Numbered from the stretch's first letter, positions 1 through 10,021 are shown. The stretch is DNA of 64,000 bases from an uncultured Candidatus Saccharibacteria bacterium (GCA_964450915.1 CAYVFG010000002.1:5379-69378), one strand, 5' to 3'. A program made the numbers and translations. The notes: generated by a model not told the origin, from the letters alone.

Positions 1-675
1 GCTTGCTCCTCCGAATTGCGGAATAATCCAGAGCATGATTGCATATGCTATTGCGCACGCAATTCCGATTGCCCCCCACCATGCAATTGGCTTCTTGAAT
101 GGAAGAAGTGCCGGCAAGCAGATCAATAATGCAAATAATGCTGTTGGCGCGACGTATTGCCAATCGTTTTGGCGGTTATGAGCAAGGGTGAGTATTGCTC
201 GCCATACAGGAACTCTCTCTACAAGCGCAAGCGACAAATCTTCTTTGCTTTCCCCAAATCTCACGCCTACGGGATTTTTGATTGTTGACTGCCGCGCAGA
301 ATATTCTATTTTAATCGGAGTATCTGCCGGAATCGGCGCATCCGGGAAGTTGATGTATGTAAATCGATCGTCATGAATATCTTGCGGGCGGATTGTCTGA
401 GAAATTAAGACAGTATTTGATAATGTGTTGTATATCGTTACGGTAACGGGTGCAAGCTCTTTTGCATGATAGAGATTTACTAGTATTGTCCCCAATCCGA
501 TGATATTAGATTGAGTGGTTAATTGCTGAGATGCGGTGTGCCCGGTAAATAGCGGTGCATGGGTTACGTATGAATCGATGCCGGATGATACAGCCCGATG
601 CTGAGTAACTGGGATAAAAAAAGATCCGAGTATCAGAATGAGCCCGCCTGCAACAAAGAGAACTTTTTTATTCAT
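1..675 (-). CDS. Partial CDS (3' end beyond window start). Membrane-anchored protein: N-terminal TM helix (MNKKVLFVAGGLILILGSFF), a periplasmic beta-rich domain of about 175 aa, then C-terminal TM helices. Not in the ORF track because no stop codon lies inside the window.
   Basis: I translated the minus strand by hand from the ATG at 675 and it reads through position 1 with no stop. The architecture matches the N-terminal module seen on 56552..57793 and 18347..20728. Confidence 0.5.
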   Translation of the reverse strand, partial: MNKKVLFVAGGLILILGSFFIPVTQHRAVSSGIDSYVTHAPLFTGHTASQQLTTQSNIIGLGTILVNLYHAKELAPVTVTIYNTLSNTVLISQTIRPQDIHDDRFTYINFPDAPIPADTPIKIEYSARQSTIKNPVGVRFGESKEDLSLALVERVPVWRAILTLAHNRQNDWQYVAPTALFALLICLPALLPFKKPIAWWGAIGIACAIAYAIMLWIIPQFGGAS

Positions 676-711
676 TTCTCGAGTATAGCAGTTTTTGGTA
701 CTGTTTGAAGT

Positions 712-2586
712 ATGTGTGGAATAGCTGGAATATGGAATACGAATGGTGCTCGCATTACGGAGGGGGCCGCGATTGGCATGCAGCAGTCGCTGATGCATCG
801 CGGACCGGACTCATCTGGCATCTATGAAGGGGAGGGTGTTGCGTTGGTGCATACTCGACTTTCCATTATTGACCTTACGGATAATGGTGCACAGCCGTTT
901 ATTTCGGAAGATTCCCGATACGTGCTTGTGTTCAACGGAGAAATTTATAACTATCAAGAATTACGTGAGCAATTTTTTCATGATCAGGTCTTTCGTTCAG
1001 AATCTGATACTGAGGTGCTGCTCTATATGCTGGTTCGGTTTGGAACATCTGCATTCCAGTATTTGCGAGGAATGTTTGCAGTTGCATTTTATGACACGCA
1101 GGAGAAAAAGATGATTGTAGCAAGAGACGCTTTTGGTAAAAAACCTCTGTATTACTATCAATCTGGGGATATTTTTGTATTTGCTTCAGAGTCAAAGGCG
1201 ATTCTCGCGTCTGCGTATGTGTCGGCGCAACTGGATACCAGTGTTGTTGCGCCCTATTTTTTACACGAGTACTGCCCATTTCCCAAGTCAGGATTTGAGG
1301 GCATAGTATCGGTAGGTGCGGGCCACTATATGGAAATTACGCAGGCAGGTACGCATAGCTCTGCCTGGTGGAAGCCAGAAATTCTCCCCAAGCATCATGT
1401 GTCGTTCAAAAAAGCATTATCCACTTTTGATGAATTGCTTGGGAATGCAGTGGCAAGAAGAATGGTAGCAGATGTTCCTGTGGGATTATTTTTGAGCGGG
1501 GGGCTCGATTCGAGTACGATCGCCTGGTATATGAGGCGGATAAAAACGAGTGGCGAAATCCACTCATGCTCCGTGGCCTTTGATGATGATACGTTTAATG
1601 AAGAGCACATCGCGTCTCAAGTTGCCCATAATTCTGATCTTACTCATCATCGCATCCTATTTACGAAAGATTCTTTTTTGCAGTCAGTCGATGAACTTAT
1701 CCCACTCCTCGACATCCCCTTCGCAGATTCTTCGCTATTGCCTACGTATGCAGTCAGCAAGCTAGCAAGGCAATACATGAAAGTTGTCCTTGATGGGGAC
1801 GGGAGCGATGAATTGCTTGGGGGCTACGGTACGTTTAATGCGCATGAAGTTGCACATAAGCTTTCTTGGATTCCAAGTGATGCGTGGGGCGCCATCGGGC
1901 AGGGGGTCGATACTGTATTTTCTGTATCGCACTCATATTTCTCCCTCGATTTCAAAATCAAATCATTTTTACGAGGCGTATCGTATCCTCCAATGCGAAA
2001 TCTTCAAGTATGGCTCGGGGCATTTACGGAACATGAGATATCAGAGCTTCTCATTAAGAAGGATGATGCTCGAAATGTGTTTGAGTTTGTAGATTCAATA
2101 CAGTATCCGGCCACGGCTGATAATTTTGAGAAAGCTTCGCTGTATCATATAGCAAGCTACCTTTCTGAAGACATTCTAGTGAAACTGGATAGGGCAACGA
2201 TGGCCGTGGGGCTAGAAGCAAGAACCCCGTTTTTGGACACCGATGTAGCAGAGTTTCTTCTTCGTCTTCCGTCCTCCTATAAGAAGAATAAGAGAATTCT
2301 TCGAGAACTCATGCGAGGCAGATTGCCAGACATTGTCGTCACGAGAAAGAAGCAGGGATTTGGCATTCCGATTTCCTCTTGGTTTGCACATGACTTACTT
2401 CCGTTTGTTGAACGAGTGTTATCGCCAGAGGCTGTCGCGGAAGTTGGATTATTTAACTATCAATATATTCGCATTATTATTGATGAGCATCGCAGTATGA
2501 AGCACGACCACAGGAAAAAAATATGGTCACTCATAGCATTTCAGCTGTGGTACGAATACTGGATATTGGAAAAAAAGAGAGCATGA
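712..2586 (+). CDS. asnB: Asparagine synthetase (glutamine-hydrolysing) family protein. In this context it is likely a sugar or uronate amidotransferase.
   Basis: MCGIAG N-terminus with Cys2 nucleophile (class II glutamine amidotransferase). SGGLDSS PP-loop ATP pyrophosphatase motif. 624 aa, typical AsnB length. Confidence 0.9.
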   Translation: MCGIAGIWNTNGARITEGAAIGMQQSLMHRGPDSSGIYEGEGVALVHTRLSIIDLTDNGAQPFISEDSRYVLVFNGEIYNYQELREQFFHDQVFRSESDTEVLLYMLVRFGTSAFQYLRGMFAVAFYDTQEKKMIVARDAFGKKPLYYYQSGDIFVFASESKAILASAYVSAQLDTSVVAPYFLHEYCPFPKSGFEGIVSVGAGHYMEITQAGTHSSAWWKPEILPKHHVSFKKALSTFDELLGNAVARRMVADVPVGLFLSGGLDSSTIAWYMRRIKTSGEIHSCSVAFDDDTFNEEHIASQVAHNSDLTHHRILFTKDSFLQSVDELIPLLDIPFADSSLLPTYAVSKLARQYMKVVLDGDGSDELLGGYGTFNAHEVAHKLSWIPSDAWGAIGQGVDTVFSVSHSYFSLDFKIKSFLRGVSYPPMRNLQVWLGAFTEHEISELLIKKDDARNVFEFVDSIQYPATADNFEKASLYHIASYLSEDILVKLDRATMAVGLEARTPFLDTDVAEFLLRLPSSYKKNKRILRELMRGRLPDIVVTRKKQGFGIPISSWFAHDLLPFVERVLSPEAVAEVGLFNYQYIRIIIDEHRSMKHDHRKKIWSLIAFQLWYEYWILEKKRA

Positions 2587-2590
2587 TAGA

Positions 2591-4012
2591 ATGCAGTATA
2601 TGAACCTAGCTCGCGGCATGATTATTGGATTAGCTGTGGTATTTATTGCTTTGCAGGCAGTGTGCCTCACTACAATTCCTGGATTAATGGGCGACGAGGC
2701 TCATGAGGGCGAGAATGTGTTCCATATGCTTGATCAGAAAAAGATGGAAGTGCGGGGGGAGCGGTCATACATTGGTGCGGGAATAGATTATGTTCGAATC
2801 CCGTTTGTTGGTGCGTTCGGATACACGCTGCTTGCATTGCGTAGCGTAACGTTTATTGCGTCGATCCTATTTTTTGTCATGAGCGCGTATTTGCTTGCTA
2901 AATATTTGGGCGCATATCAAAGCTTGATTCCTCTCATTTTTCTAACATTTTCTCCGATATATATTACTCAGCAGCGACTTTCTTGGGCGGTTACACTATT
3001 GCCATTATTCGCCGTTGCTACGATATGGCTTTTGCAGTCAACATGGAGACATAAGTTTTTATTAGCAGGATTTGTTGGCGGGCTCGGCCTCGCGAATCAC
3101 TTGTTGTTTTTGCCCACACTTGTTGCGATTATTATCTGCGCCATTATTTGTGCAATAAGAAAACCTCAAGCAATTCTGTCTGCATGGCCCTTCATCATCG
3201 GATTCATTGCAGGGTTTGCCATGCAATTTACTATTATTCAGCTGTATCCGGACGATCAGGGAAGCCAAAAGATGATTGCGGAAACTTTTTTTGATCGCAT
3301 CCATGCGCTGCCCACCTTATTTCCAGAGCTCGTCTCAGGATCGTCGTACATTGCCTCATATACCGGGCACGAATTAAATCCCATAGTCATGGCTGCTATT
3401 ACTTCTGCGCTTAGTATTCTTGCCATTTTTGCACTTACGATTTCGAAACACAAAAAAATTGCATGGATTATTGCGACTGCATTGATAATTCATACACTTG
3501 TTTTATTGCGGATCATAGACCGATTTAGTTTGCGATACATGACTGTGTTTACGTTTGGATTTTTAGTACTTTCCGGTATCGGTCTAGAGAGTATCGTTGC
3601 ATTTGCTCGCAAACGCAGGCCAATTATTGCTCCCATTATAACGTGGCTTGTATGCTCAGCTCTTGTGTTATGGGCCATATTCGGCATTGCGGTGCCATAT
3701 GCAAAGACAGGCGGGTCAACGAATGTATTCTCTCTTGGCAATAGAACGGATAGCGCCTCGGCATTAGTTGATACGCGTCAATTATTTGCATGTGTGAACA
3801 ATCTCGGGCCCGTAACATCGGAAAATGTTCATATCTATAACAGGCTGGAATTTTGGAGCAGGCAGTATCCTGGCGTGCAGTTTGTTGATGAGGATCATAA
3901 AAAGGAGGCGAGATATGCTGTCGACTATCGCATATCCGGGAATACGAAGGCAGGAATGCCAGGAACAATTTGTCCACAACTCACAAATTTTCGCATAACA
4001 GAGAGAAAATAA
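2591..4012 (+). CDS. Polytopic membrane glycosyltransferase, GT-C fold, PMT_2/ArnT-like.
   Basis: About 12 predicted TM helices. First loop carries GDEAHEGENVFHM, a DE motif of the ArnT/PMT family. Starts 5 nt after the asnB stop. Confidence 0.6.
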   Translation: MQYMNLARGMIIGLAVVFIALQAVCLTTIPGLMGDEAHEGENVFHMLDQKKMEVRGERSYIGAGIDYVRIPFVGAFGYTLLALRSVTFIASILFFVMSAYLLAKYLGAYQSLIPLIFLTFSPIYITQQRLSWAVTLLPLFAVATIWLLQSTWRHKFLLAGFVGGLGLANHLLFLPTLVAIIICAIICAIRKPQAILSAWPFIIGFIAGFAMQFTIIQLYPDDQGSQKMIAETFFDRIHALPTLFPELVSGSSYIASYTGHELNPIVMAAITSALSILAIFALTISKHKKIAWIIATALIIHTLVLLRIIDRFSLRYMTVFTFGFLVLSGIGLESIVAFARKRRPIIAPIITWLVCSALVLWAIFGIAVPYAKTGGSTNVFSLGNRTDSASALVDTRQLFACVNNLGPVTSENVHIYNRLEFWSRQYPGVQFVDEDHKKEARYAVDYRISGNTKAGMPGTICPQLTNFRITERK

Positions 4013-4028
4013 TACTTGTCAAAAACTA

Positions 4029-4058
4029 TTGACACTTTATATGTTGTGTCAGTATGCT
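4029..4058 (+). promoter_or_regulatory. Sigma70-like promoter: TTGACA, 18-nt spacer, TATGCT.
   Basis: Read directly: ttgaca at 4029-4034 and tatgct at 4053-4058. It sits upstream of the GC-rich 4116..4538 ORF. Confidence 0.35.
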
Positions 4059-4115
4059 AGCTATCACAGTTAGTTTGAGGGTGGTCCTTTTTAGTCAAAT
4101 TCAAGGAACGAAAAC

Positions 4116-4538
4116 GTGAAAACAATGGCTCGTTCGATTCAAGAATTGCCGCAGCGATTCGAAGCAAGGGCGCTATCCTCGTTGGGGCTGTACTCTGGTG
4201 CGTATCCCGGGTTACAGATCAAAGTGGATCCTGCTCTGCTGAACCTTCTGGAATGCACGCTTACGGATTCATCGATCTGCAAGCTCGGAGTCGCCGATCA
4301 CGACATCGTTCATGCGGACAGTCTGGGAGAGTTCGGTGATTGTGCTCTGGGAACGTGGGAGCATCTTTTTATTCATGGTCCGCTGCATCCTTCTCGCCAA
4401 GGATTCTTTGCTCCCGGATCTTCTGTTTTGGTTCCGAACGTCGGCCTGCATTTTCCAGCCATTCTCGGAAGAGAATTTCTGCTAATCAGGGAAGATGAAA
4501 TATTGCGCATGAAGGCAATCGTCGTTCTCGAAGCGTAG
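4116..4538 (+). CDS. Orphan hypothetical protein of 140 aa (GTG start, or ATG at 4125). Higher GC than its surroundings, and I do not recognise the family. A structured RNA is an alternative reading.
   Basis: Uninterrupted ORF bracketed by its own promoter-like element and a terminator hairpin. Composition is atypical for this locus. Confidence 0.35.
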   Translation: MKTMARSIQELPQRFEARALSSLGLYSGAYPGLQIKVDPALLNLLECTLTDSSICKLGVADHDIVHADSLGEFGDCALGTWEHLFIHGPLHPSRQGFFAPGSSVLVPNVGLHFPAILGREFLLIREDEILRMKAIVVLEA

Positions 4539-4562
4539 GCCCGCTGAAAATGGCGCGTGTTC

Positions 4563-4610
4563 GCCTCTGTAAGTATGGAAAGTTCCAGCTTGCAGAGGCT
4601 TCTTTTTTTT
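4563..4610 (+). terminator. Rho-independent terminator: stem gcctctg / cagaggc, a long loop, then a T-run (ttcttttttttat).
   Basis: Inverted repeat 4563-4569 / 4593-4599 followed by the T-tract 4600-4610. Confidence 0.45.
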
Positions 4611-4626
4611 ATGGTACACTTTTTGC

Positions 4627-6651
4627 ATGATTTTAGCGTTCTTAAAACGGCATAAAATAGACGCATATTTAGCAGTAGGACTGTTTCTTATTGCTTTTTT
4701 ACCAAGAGTATTGGGCTTGGGGGCGTTTTTGACTGCAGATGAAAAAAACTGGATCGGCAGATCGTATGAATTTGTGCGCGCATTTCATGATTTGCGATTT
4801 AATGACATGTTGCAGACGACTCACCCGGGAGTTACTACGCTATGGGTATCCGGTCTTGCGGTGATGGTTAAGTCGGCGATCTCACATGTCCAATTTGCGG
4901 ATACGAATTTGATTTATTTCGTGAAAATTACGCAATTTTCCATTGCGCTGGTAAACGCTCTCGCAATTCCTGCAATCTTCATTCTGCTATTGTTGGTACT
5001 AAGAAATCGTTTTCTTGCTGTTTTGGCAACGCTCTTTATTGCGCTCGACCCGTTCATTATAGGATATTCCAGAGTGGTTCATGTGGACGTGCTGATGGGG
5101 AGCTTTTTAACGCTTGCCGTACTAGCGAGCATGCTCTACGCCCGTCACCTTACTCGTCCATGGCTTGTTGCAAGCGCAGTGCTTTCCGTGCTGGCGATTC
5201 TCACAAAAATACCCGCTGTATTTATTTTGCCATTCATTATTGTTGCGCTGATTGCATATCATCCGGAAAAGATTATTTCGTGGCAATTTTTGCGTGATAG
5301 GGTTCGAGATGCTGTTACGTGGGTGCTCATGGGTGTTGTTATCACGCTTCTTATATGGCCCGCATTGCTGTGGGTGCCAAATCCTTCTGGAAACGTGCTG
5401 GAACTCAAGCGCGATATTTCTGATGCTGCCGTAACTCCTCATGACTCAAACGAGGATTATAACTTAGACGCAACGCACTATCCGTACGCATTACTCGATC
5501 GATCAAACCCAGTAACGCTCGTATTCGGAATAGTCGGACTCATGGGAGTAATTGTTCTTGTGGCAAAAAAGAAGGTTCCGCGAGAAATGCTGCTCATTGC
5601 AATATATTTGATCGGATTCGTTCTTATGATGACGCTTGGCGCGAAGAAAGGGGATAGATATATTATTGCCGCATTTTTTGCTCTCGACATATTGGCTGCG
5701 TATGGAGTTGTGTGGGTTGCATCGCTTGTGCCCACGCTCATAAAGCGCTTCAGGGGGAATGATAGAGTGTTTGCATTGCTTACAGTTGGGTATTTGTGCT
5801 TTATTGTACTGTCGTATCATCCATACGAAATTGCATATAGTAACCCGTTTTTTAAGGATAATTTGAGTCAGGAGTTAGGATGGGGCGAAGGGTTGGATCA
5901 GGTTGCTGCCTGGCTGAATACGAATCATCCTGACGCAGTTGTGGCTTCATGGTACCCGGAGGAGCTCGGAACGTTTACATCCGCTACGGTATTGCATATT
6001 AATGCGCACACGCAAAATCCGGTGAACTATATCGTCCTCTATCAGAATATGTTTGGCAGGTCCCCGGATTATTATTCAAATGATTTCATTGACGAATATT
6101 ACAAGAAGCAAATCCCTGTGTACGTTGCGAAAGTTGCGGGCAAAGAATATGCGTGGGTGTATGCAAAGCCAAGCTACACCAGCTCTGTTGGGGATTTGAA
6201 TGCGCAAACTGTTGCGATTCAGGAAATCGAAGTTACTCATAACGATATTGCTGGATTTCAGTTTTTGCCAGCGACGCATTTTGGAAAATCCGATACCGGG
6301 TCGTTTGCTATCAGTGTTTCTAAAACTTTAAACGGTCCTGTGCTATTTGCAACGAACATTTCAGTTACGGACGTAAAAGATACTCAATGGCAGCAGGTCT
6401 TGTTTCCTGATTCTCTCAAGATTGCAAAAGGCGATCATTTGTTTGTGAGCGTTCGAGGGGCTGGGACGACAGATCCGTATCCATCTGTGAGATATTCTCA
6501 AGCAGATATTCGAACTACGCCAATATATATCTCTCGAACTGGTAGTTCGCTTGAGGCGAAGCAAAAAACAGGAACAATGGCCATTCAATTGCTCTATCGC
6601 GATATTCAGGACAAGATTTCTACGGAACTAGAGGAAAAATTGCTGAAATAA
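4627..6651 (+). CDS. GT-C membrane glycosyltransferase, paralog family A. PMT_2/ArnT-like membrane domain plus a periplasmic C-terminal domain of about 280 aa.
   Basis: N-terminal PRVLGLGAFLTADEKNWIGRSYEF...HPGVTTLW. C-terminal GWGEGLDQVAAWLNTNHPDAVVASWY. Paralogous to 20725, 24710 and 36587. Confidence 0.65.
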   Translation: MILAFLKRHKIDAYLAVGLFLIAFLPRVLGLGAFLTADEKNWIGRSYEFVRAFHDLRFNDMLQTTHPGVTTLWVSGLAVMVKSAISHVQFADTNLIYFVKITQFSIALVNALAIPAIFILLLLVLRNRFLAVLATLFIALDPFIIGYSRVVHVDVLMGSFLTLAVLASMLYARHLTRPWLVASAVLSVLAILTKIPAVFILPFIIVALIAYHPEKIISWQFLRDRVRDAVTWVLMGVVITLLIWPALLWVPNPSGNVLELKRDISDAAVTPHDSNEDYNLDATHYPYALLDRSNPVTLVFGIVGLMGVIVLVAKKKVPREMLLIAIYLIGFVLMMTLGAKKGDRYIIAAFFALDILAAYGVVWVASLVPTLIKRFRGNDRVFALLTVGYLCFIVLSYHPYEIAYSNPFFKDNLSQELGWGEGLDQVAAWLNTNHPDAVVASWYPEELGTFTSATVLHINAHTQNPVNYIVLYQNMFGRSPDYYSNDFIDEYYKKQIPVYVAKVAGKEYAWVYAKPSYTSSVGDLNAQTVAIQEIEVTHNDIAGFQFLPATHFGKSDTGSFAISVSKTLNGPVLFATNISVTDVKDTQWQQVLFPDSLKIAKGDHLFVSVRGAGTTDPYPSVRYSQADIRTTPIYISRTGSSLEAKQKTGTMAIQLLYRDIQDKISTELEEKLLK

Positions 6652-6702
6652 AAAGAGCCATACAGGAATAAACGTTGTATGACTGATGTTGTGGGGCTGG
6701 GC

Positions 6703-7146
6703 TTATGTTGGGTCAACCCACTGAACTTCCAACTTCTTTGCGATCACCACGCAGAAGAGGCGGACTGTAATCAAGTCCCCGATGGTTGATATCTTAGGCT
6801 GCACGTAGTTCCAATTTGTAATAGTTGGGAACTTTTGTTGAGCCGCCTCCAGGATTTCGGGGGTTAATTCACCGGAAAGCTGCATGTCTTTGAAGCGACT
6901 GAGCGTGTGAGGATGGAAATCGGAGGAAGAGAGCTTGATGCTAAAGGTTCGTTCGAGACGGAATGCAATATCCAGGATATCGATGGATTCTCCACCGAGG
7001 TCATCCATAAACAACATATCCAAAGGCTTTTTTGTGGACTGGGCGAAGTCGTCATCGTCCAGGCCCAGGGCCTCCATGAGCACACCCTTTATAGCCAGAA
7101 AGATTGTTTCTGGCGTCCAAGTAGTCTGTTTTGATAGTGCCGGCAT
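6703..7146 (-). CDS. Carrier-protein-like protein (phosphopantetheine-attachment-type motif) with a C-terminal extension of about 75 aa.
   Basis: MDDLGGESIDILDIAFRLE resembles the ACP/PCP DLGxDSLD serine motif. Helix-1-like ETIFLAIKGVLMEALGLDDDDF. Stand-alone gene with its own promoter. Confidence 0.45.
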   Translation of the reverse strand: MPALSKQTTWTPETIFLAIKGVLMEALGLDDDDFAQSTKKPLDMLFMDDLGGESIDILDIAFRLERTFSIKLSSSDFHPHTLSRFKDMQLSGELTPEILEAAQQKFPTITNWNYVQPKISTIGDLITVRLFCVVIAKKLEVQWVDPT

Positions 7147-7199
7147 GACTATGACTCTCTTTCGTACCGTGGTGAAACGAACTGCGAAACCGTATACAT

Positions 7200-7229
7200 T
7201 TTTTACTACATAAATACTCTATTTGTCAA
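7200..7229 (-). promoter_or_regulatory. Sigma70-like promoter for the carrier-protein-like gene: TTGACA, 18-nt spacer, TAAAAA (read on the minus strand).
   Basis: Reverse complement of 7224-7229 is TTGACA and of 7200-7205 is TAAAAA. A GAAAGAGAG Shine-Dalgarno-like stretch lies about 10 nt before the ATG at 7146. Confidence 0.3.
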
Positions 7230-10021
7230 TATTTCTTTTTGTATGGGAATGGTATTGCGTATATGACCACGCATGCGATGATTCCTAGCACTGTGAGGAT
7301 TTCTGCAGTATGCACGGCGGGGGAGATGTATCTGAATGACACGATATGCGATCCTGCTGGTACTTGGGCTGCTTTAAACATGGTATCTGCTTTCATCTGA
7401 GGCGCTATCTTGCCGTCGATGTATGTTTGCCATTGGGGAAGCGTGCTATCCGTTACCACGAGGTATGCTGTTTTGTTTGTTGTTACTTGGACATCTACCC
7501 GTGTTTCTGTGTATGAGGTAATAGTTGCGGCAGCCTGCATTGTAATGTCCGGTTGATTATCGGTAAGATCGGGTGGTGTTGGAGCTGAAATATATACTAG
7601 TGACTTCGGATCAAAATCTTTGCTTCTCATTTGTGCTCGAATTTCATCATCCGCAGCAACGAGCGTTGCATGAGGCACCATAAATGCCTTTGGATATGCA
7701 TCTTTATTCTCGTATAATCGAACGTTACTGTCCCCAGTATCTGCAACATCAATAACTTTGTAGCCAGCATCAATCATAGGATCGTTTGTTTGTCCGTAAT
7801 CAAGTGATTGAGTGAAATGCGTAATACCAACGAGATTTACCAATGATCGATTCCGAGTGAGTGCGTGAACACCATCTCCATCGAACGCATCTGAATCATT
7901 TGCAAAGAATGAATCTACGAATTCTCGATAAGGGCGAATAGATAATGCCCCGATCCAGCGGGCGCTGGATGCACCTGCTACTGCTTGCATGTTGCGTACC
8001 AGCAAAGAGCTGTCTAAATCATGGGTAAGCGGATATTGCGCAGTATACTGAACGCTGAGAGGTTTTTTCGATACTGCTAGCTGTTTCGGAGTAGGGTTTT
8101 CAACTCTCATGAAGTAGGAGTCGGATTCATCGTTAATACTTGGGCTCATGAATAATTTCATGTTTGTATGTTCGGTGCTTGAAAATACAAGCATAAGATC
8201 TTTCTTGTTGCTTTCTGGTATTTGGGGGAAGCAGATTGTCTGATTTACTTTCTTAAATGCGTCTGCTGATGAAATGCTGGTGCGATACCATATCGTACCA
8301 GTTCGGCCGGATTGTACGGTAAGGTTTAGGTGAGAATTAGTATCGGAATCTGCCTGGATAGGTATAAGGAGACAGGATAAGTTTGACTGAAGAATGGTAA
8401 GTGGCTGATACACTGAAAATTTTGGAGATATATAATCAGAAAGCGTAATTTTTACATGAGGGTTGCCTGTGACGGGAAGATGTTCTGCTGCATACAGACG
8501 AGCAGGAAGTCCGGTATCGTGTTTGAATTCTTGGAGATCCTGAGCGAATGTAGATACTGCAAGCGCTTCGTGAGTTGCAACCCGAGGATTGTAATTCCAT
8601 CCGTATCCGATAAGGGTAATTGCTACTATCACTGGGATAGTCCAATAGAAAGTGCGGAATAATGAAACAATAACTGCAATAACCCCTACCGCTATCAGGA
8701 TAATAAAGCCGTGATTCCAGGAAAGACGTTCTGTCAGTATAGCCACAGCGTCTGTATTCTTCGTTGCGTATATCCAAAAGGGAAGAACGATAAGAAGAAA
8801 CGGCACCAGTATTGCGGAGAATGTTTTTGCTATTTTGGATGCTAGAGATGTTGATGCGTGTTCAATAATATCTTGCAACCCCGCAACAGCAAGTAACACC
8901 ATTCCAACGTCGAAAAAGAATACGAATCGTCCAACTACTCCTATGGTCTGAATGTAATGATTATTTACTAAAAATTGATACACAATCGAATATCGCCCAA
9001 GCATCAGGGTGATGCCAGTTACTACCAATATCAATCCAGATGTTCGTTCAATGCGCTTTGTGCGCCAATTGATTAGTGCAATACCTGCGAGCATGATCGG
9101 GATAATTCCGGTATATGCTGCTAATTCTTGAAATCCTTTCGGTCCGAAGTAATTATCGTGATCTCCAAATATGTAGGGGAAAATAAGAGTAATCGAGTCA
9201 TATGGGGGATAGCTGAATTCAAACAGCTCAGTGTAGGGCAAACCTGCTGCACGTTCTGTTTCCGGAACGAATTCTTGCAACGGCAGGATTGCTAAAGCGG
9301 AAAGGCAAACTCCCAAAATTCCCGCGAATATAGTGAGAGCGATTTTTTTACCAGCACCCTTTACGTTCTGTTTGATAGTTGGAATAAATGTGGTGAGCCC
9401 TAAAACCCCTGCTATGAAAAAGACGTACGCCACAACTTGCGGCTGCCCGCTCATTGCAATTGCTGCCGCGACGATTGCAAGAGTTGCTGAGTTTTTAACC
9501 GAGGGCTTTTTCAGTAACACATCTATTGTAATAAGCAACAATGGCAGAAGCATTGTGCTTGTATAGAAATTGACGTGATTCAAATGTCCGATAGAAAATC
9601 CGCAGTAGGCAAAGAGAACAGCACCTAGACTTGCAGCGGCGGGGTGGAATAGTCGCCTTCGCAAATAGGCGTACATGCACACACTGCCTATTAGGAAATA
9701 CAGAACAATAGACGCCTGAAGTAGGATGACAGGGGGTACATATAAAGCGCGCAAGATAAGGTGGATAGGGGTAAAGAAGCCCAGTTGACCCCATGCTAAC
9801 AGAGGCTGGCCGAATCCGAACTCGTTGCTCCACAGCGGCAGCTGCCAGTGATGTTGAAACTGCGCATAGACTGTTTCAATGGGGTAATAGATGATTTTAA
9901 GATCATCTAAAAAATACATTTGCTGGCCGGAAATAATTGGGCTGAAAAATACGAGCCAGCTTACAAGGACGAGTCCGATTCCAATAAATTGAGGCTTGAT
10001 ATTCATACGTTTATTTTTCAC
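7226..10021 (-). CDS. YfhO-family-like large membrane protein (931 aa) with a long periplasmic C-terminal domain.
   Basis: N-terminal region FFSPIISGQQMYFLDDLKIIYYPIETVY...LPLWSNEFGFGQPLLA resembles bacterial YfhO. Many TM helices. Overlaps the upstream gene by 11 nt. Confidence 0.6.
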   Translation of the reverse strand: MKNKRMNIKPQFIGIGLVLVSWLVFFSPIISGQQMYFLDDLKIIYYPIETVYAQFQHHWQLPLWSNEFGFGQPLLAWGQLGFFTPIHLILRALYVPPVILLQASIVLYFLIGSVCMYAYLRRRLFHPAAASLGAVLFAYCGFSIGHLNHVNFYTSTMLLPLLLITIDVLLKKPSVKNSATLAIVAAAIAMSGQPQVVAYVFFIAGVLGLTTFIPTIKQNVKGAGKKIALTIFAGILGVCLSALAILPLQEFVPETERAAGLPYTELFEFSYPPYDSITLIFPYIFGDHDNYFGPKGFQELAAYTGIIPIMLAGIALINWRTKRIERTSGLILVVTGITLMLGRYSIVYQFLVNNHYIQTIGVVGRFVFFFDVGMVLLAVAGLQDIIEHASTSLASKIAKTFSAILVPFLLIVLPFWIYATKNTDAVAILTERLSWNHGFIILIAVGVIAVIVSLFRTFYWTIPVIVAITLIGYGWNYNPRVATHEALAVSTFAQDLQEFKHDTGLPARLYAAEHLPVTGNPHVKITLSDYISPKFSVYQPLTILQSNLSCLLIPIQADSDTNSHLNLTVQSGRTGTIWYRTSISSADAFKKVNQTICFPQIPESNKKDLMLVFSSTEHTNMKLFMSPSINDESDSYFMRVENPTPKQLAVSKKPLSVQYTAQYPLTHDLDSSLLVRNMQAVAGASSARWIGALSIRPYREFVDSFFANDSDAFDGDGVHALTRNRSLVNLVGITHFTQSLDYGQTNDPMIDAGYKVIDVADTGDSNVRLYENKDAYPKAFMVPHATLVAADDEIRAQMRSKDFDPKSLVYISAPTPPDLTDNQPDITMQAAATITSYTETRVDVQVTTNKTAYLVVTDSTLPQWQTYIDGKIAPQMKADTMFKAAQVPAGSHIVSFRYISPAVHTAEILTVLGIIACVVIYAIPFPYKKKY

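Noticed and set aside
188-376. 62-aa plus-strand ORF in the ORF track
   Set aside because: It lies wholly inside, and antisense to, the longer uninterrupted minus-strand reading frame 1..675. That frame has a clear N-terminal signal anchor. There is no Shine-Dalgarno and no motif.
824-2092. Several 70-115-aa ORFs on both strands inside asnB (824..1114, 932..1279, 1395..1610, 1550..1765, 1784..2092)
   Set aside because: They are nested in or antisense to a gene with unambiguous AsnB motifs. They are alternative-frame artefacts.
4116-4610. Possibility that the GC-rich island encodes RNase P RNA, SRP RNA or tmRNA
   Set aside because: I could not find the conserved P4 (GGAAAGUCCGG / ACAGAA) motifs, the SRP domain IV motif or a tRNA-like 3' domain. 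It is kept as an unresolved finding rather than called as a specific ncRNA.
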